Origin: Callorhinchus milii | Taxonomy: Eukaryota | NCBI RefSeq assembly: GCF_018977255.1 | Contig: NW_024704742.1 | Coordinates: 53,446,001 to 53,510,000 of the forward strand | Direction of reading: 5' to 3' | DNA: 64,000 nt | Part shown: positions 63,337-64,000 of the stretch, one piece after another | How positions within the stretch are numbered: the first letter of the stretch is position 1 | Layout of the letters: each line of letters starts with the position of its first letter | The notes under the pieces: model-generated | Database searches by the model: none | What the model was told of the DNA's origin: nothing | What the model saw: the letters and a program-made list of their open reading frames with translations, nothing else | Program-made: the position numbers and the translations under genes

Positions 63337-64000
63337 TGGGGACAAAATAAAGCTGTTGAAAGGTTAGTATATTTGAAACTGATGAAATGCAATACATTAG
63401 TTAATGTACTGCTGTAATAACATAATCCTCTCAGAGGAACAACAAAACTATATTAGTCTAAAAGAAATGGGAAAACATTAACTGACAAATTGGGACATAA
63501 ACATTGCAAAAAAATGCATTAATGTTTCTTGCAGTCTGCCAGGAAGATGTGAAATGTGACTGTGACTAAAATGTAATATCTACATTTTATAGATTTAAAA
63601 TAAGACCAAATAAATTGTCCAGTTTGTTTTTTTAAAAATCTAATTTATGTTTGTTTTATTTGAATTTCCTTTGACTACACTTGGAAAGACAATAAATCAA
63701 GCTTGTGTGTGGAATATCTGGATTTGATGTTTTTTATAATGTGTGAAGAAAGCTAAAATGTTAACTTTATAATTGTTACAAAGAGCAAATATTATGGCCT
63801 TTTTTTTCCCTTCAATTTTCTCCCGTCTTCTCCTCCTCTCTTGAAGGAGTTTGACTTTTTTCCCTTTACACAGTGTGTGGTTTAACTGTCACCCTCCAAT
63901 ACCTTACCCAAGTTATTCTTCATGTGTTAGCCTGGGGGGGTGAGAATTATCCGGCTATAATTATTATTATTATTCAACCCTTTCTTGTTCTTATAGTAAC

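Overview
This is AT-rich eukaryotic (vertebrate) DNA, intronic or intergenic, and dense in retrotransposons. The repeat repertoire points to a cartilaginous fish, probably a holocephalan such as Callorhinchus; this is inferred from recalled repeat families, not from a search. The window holds about 10 young tRNA-derived SINEs with L2-type tails (long and short variants), many older Deu-domain SINEs, L2 and CR1 LINE fragments, a three-copy unclassified ~500-bp repeat, a 1.1-kb 18-19-bp minisatellite and a 53-bp tandem repeat. I recognise no host protein-coding gene; the ORF-track entries I could interpret are TE-derived or look like chance ORFs. The best non-TE leads are a minus-strand promoter-like motif cluster with a candidate first exon (~28650-28900), a ~38-bp G-U-biased hairpin (53041-53208) and a clean 90-nt plus-strand exon candidate (24934-25023). 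I found no convincing novel multi-gene system. Boundaries of old repeats are approximate.
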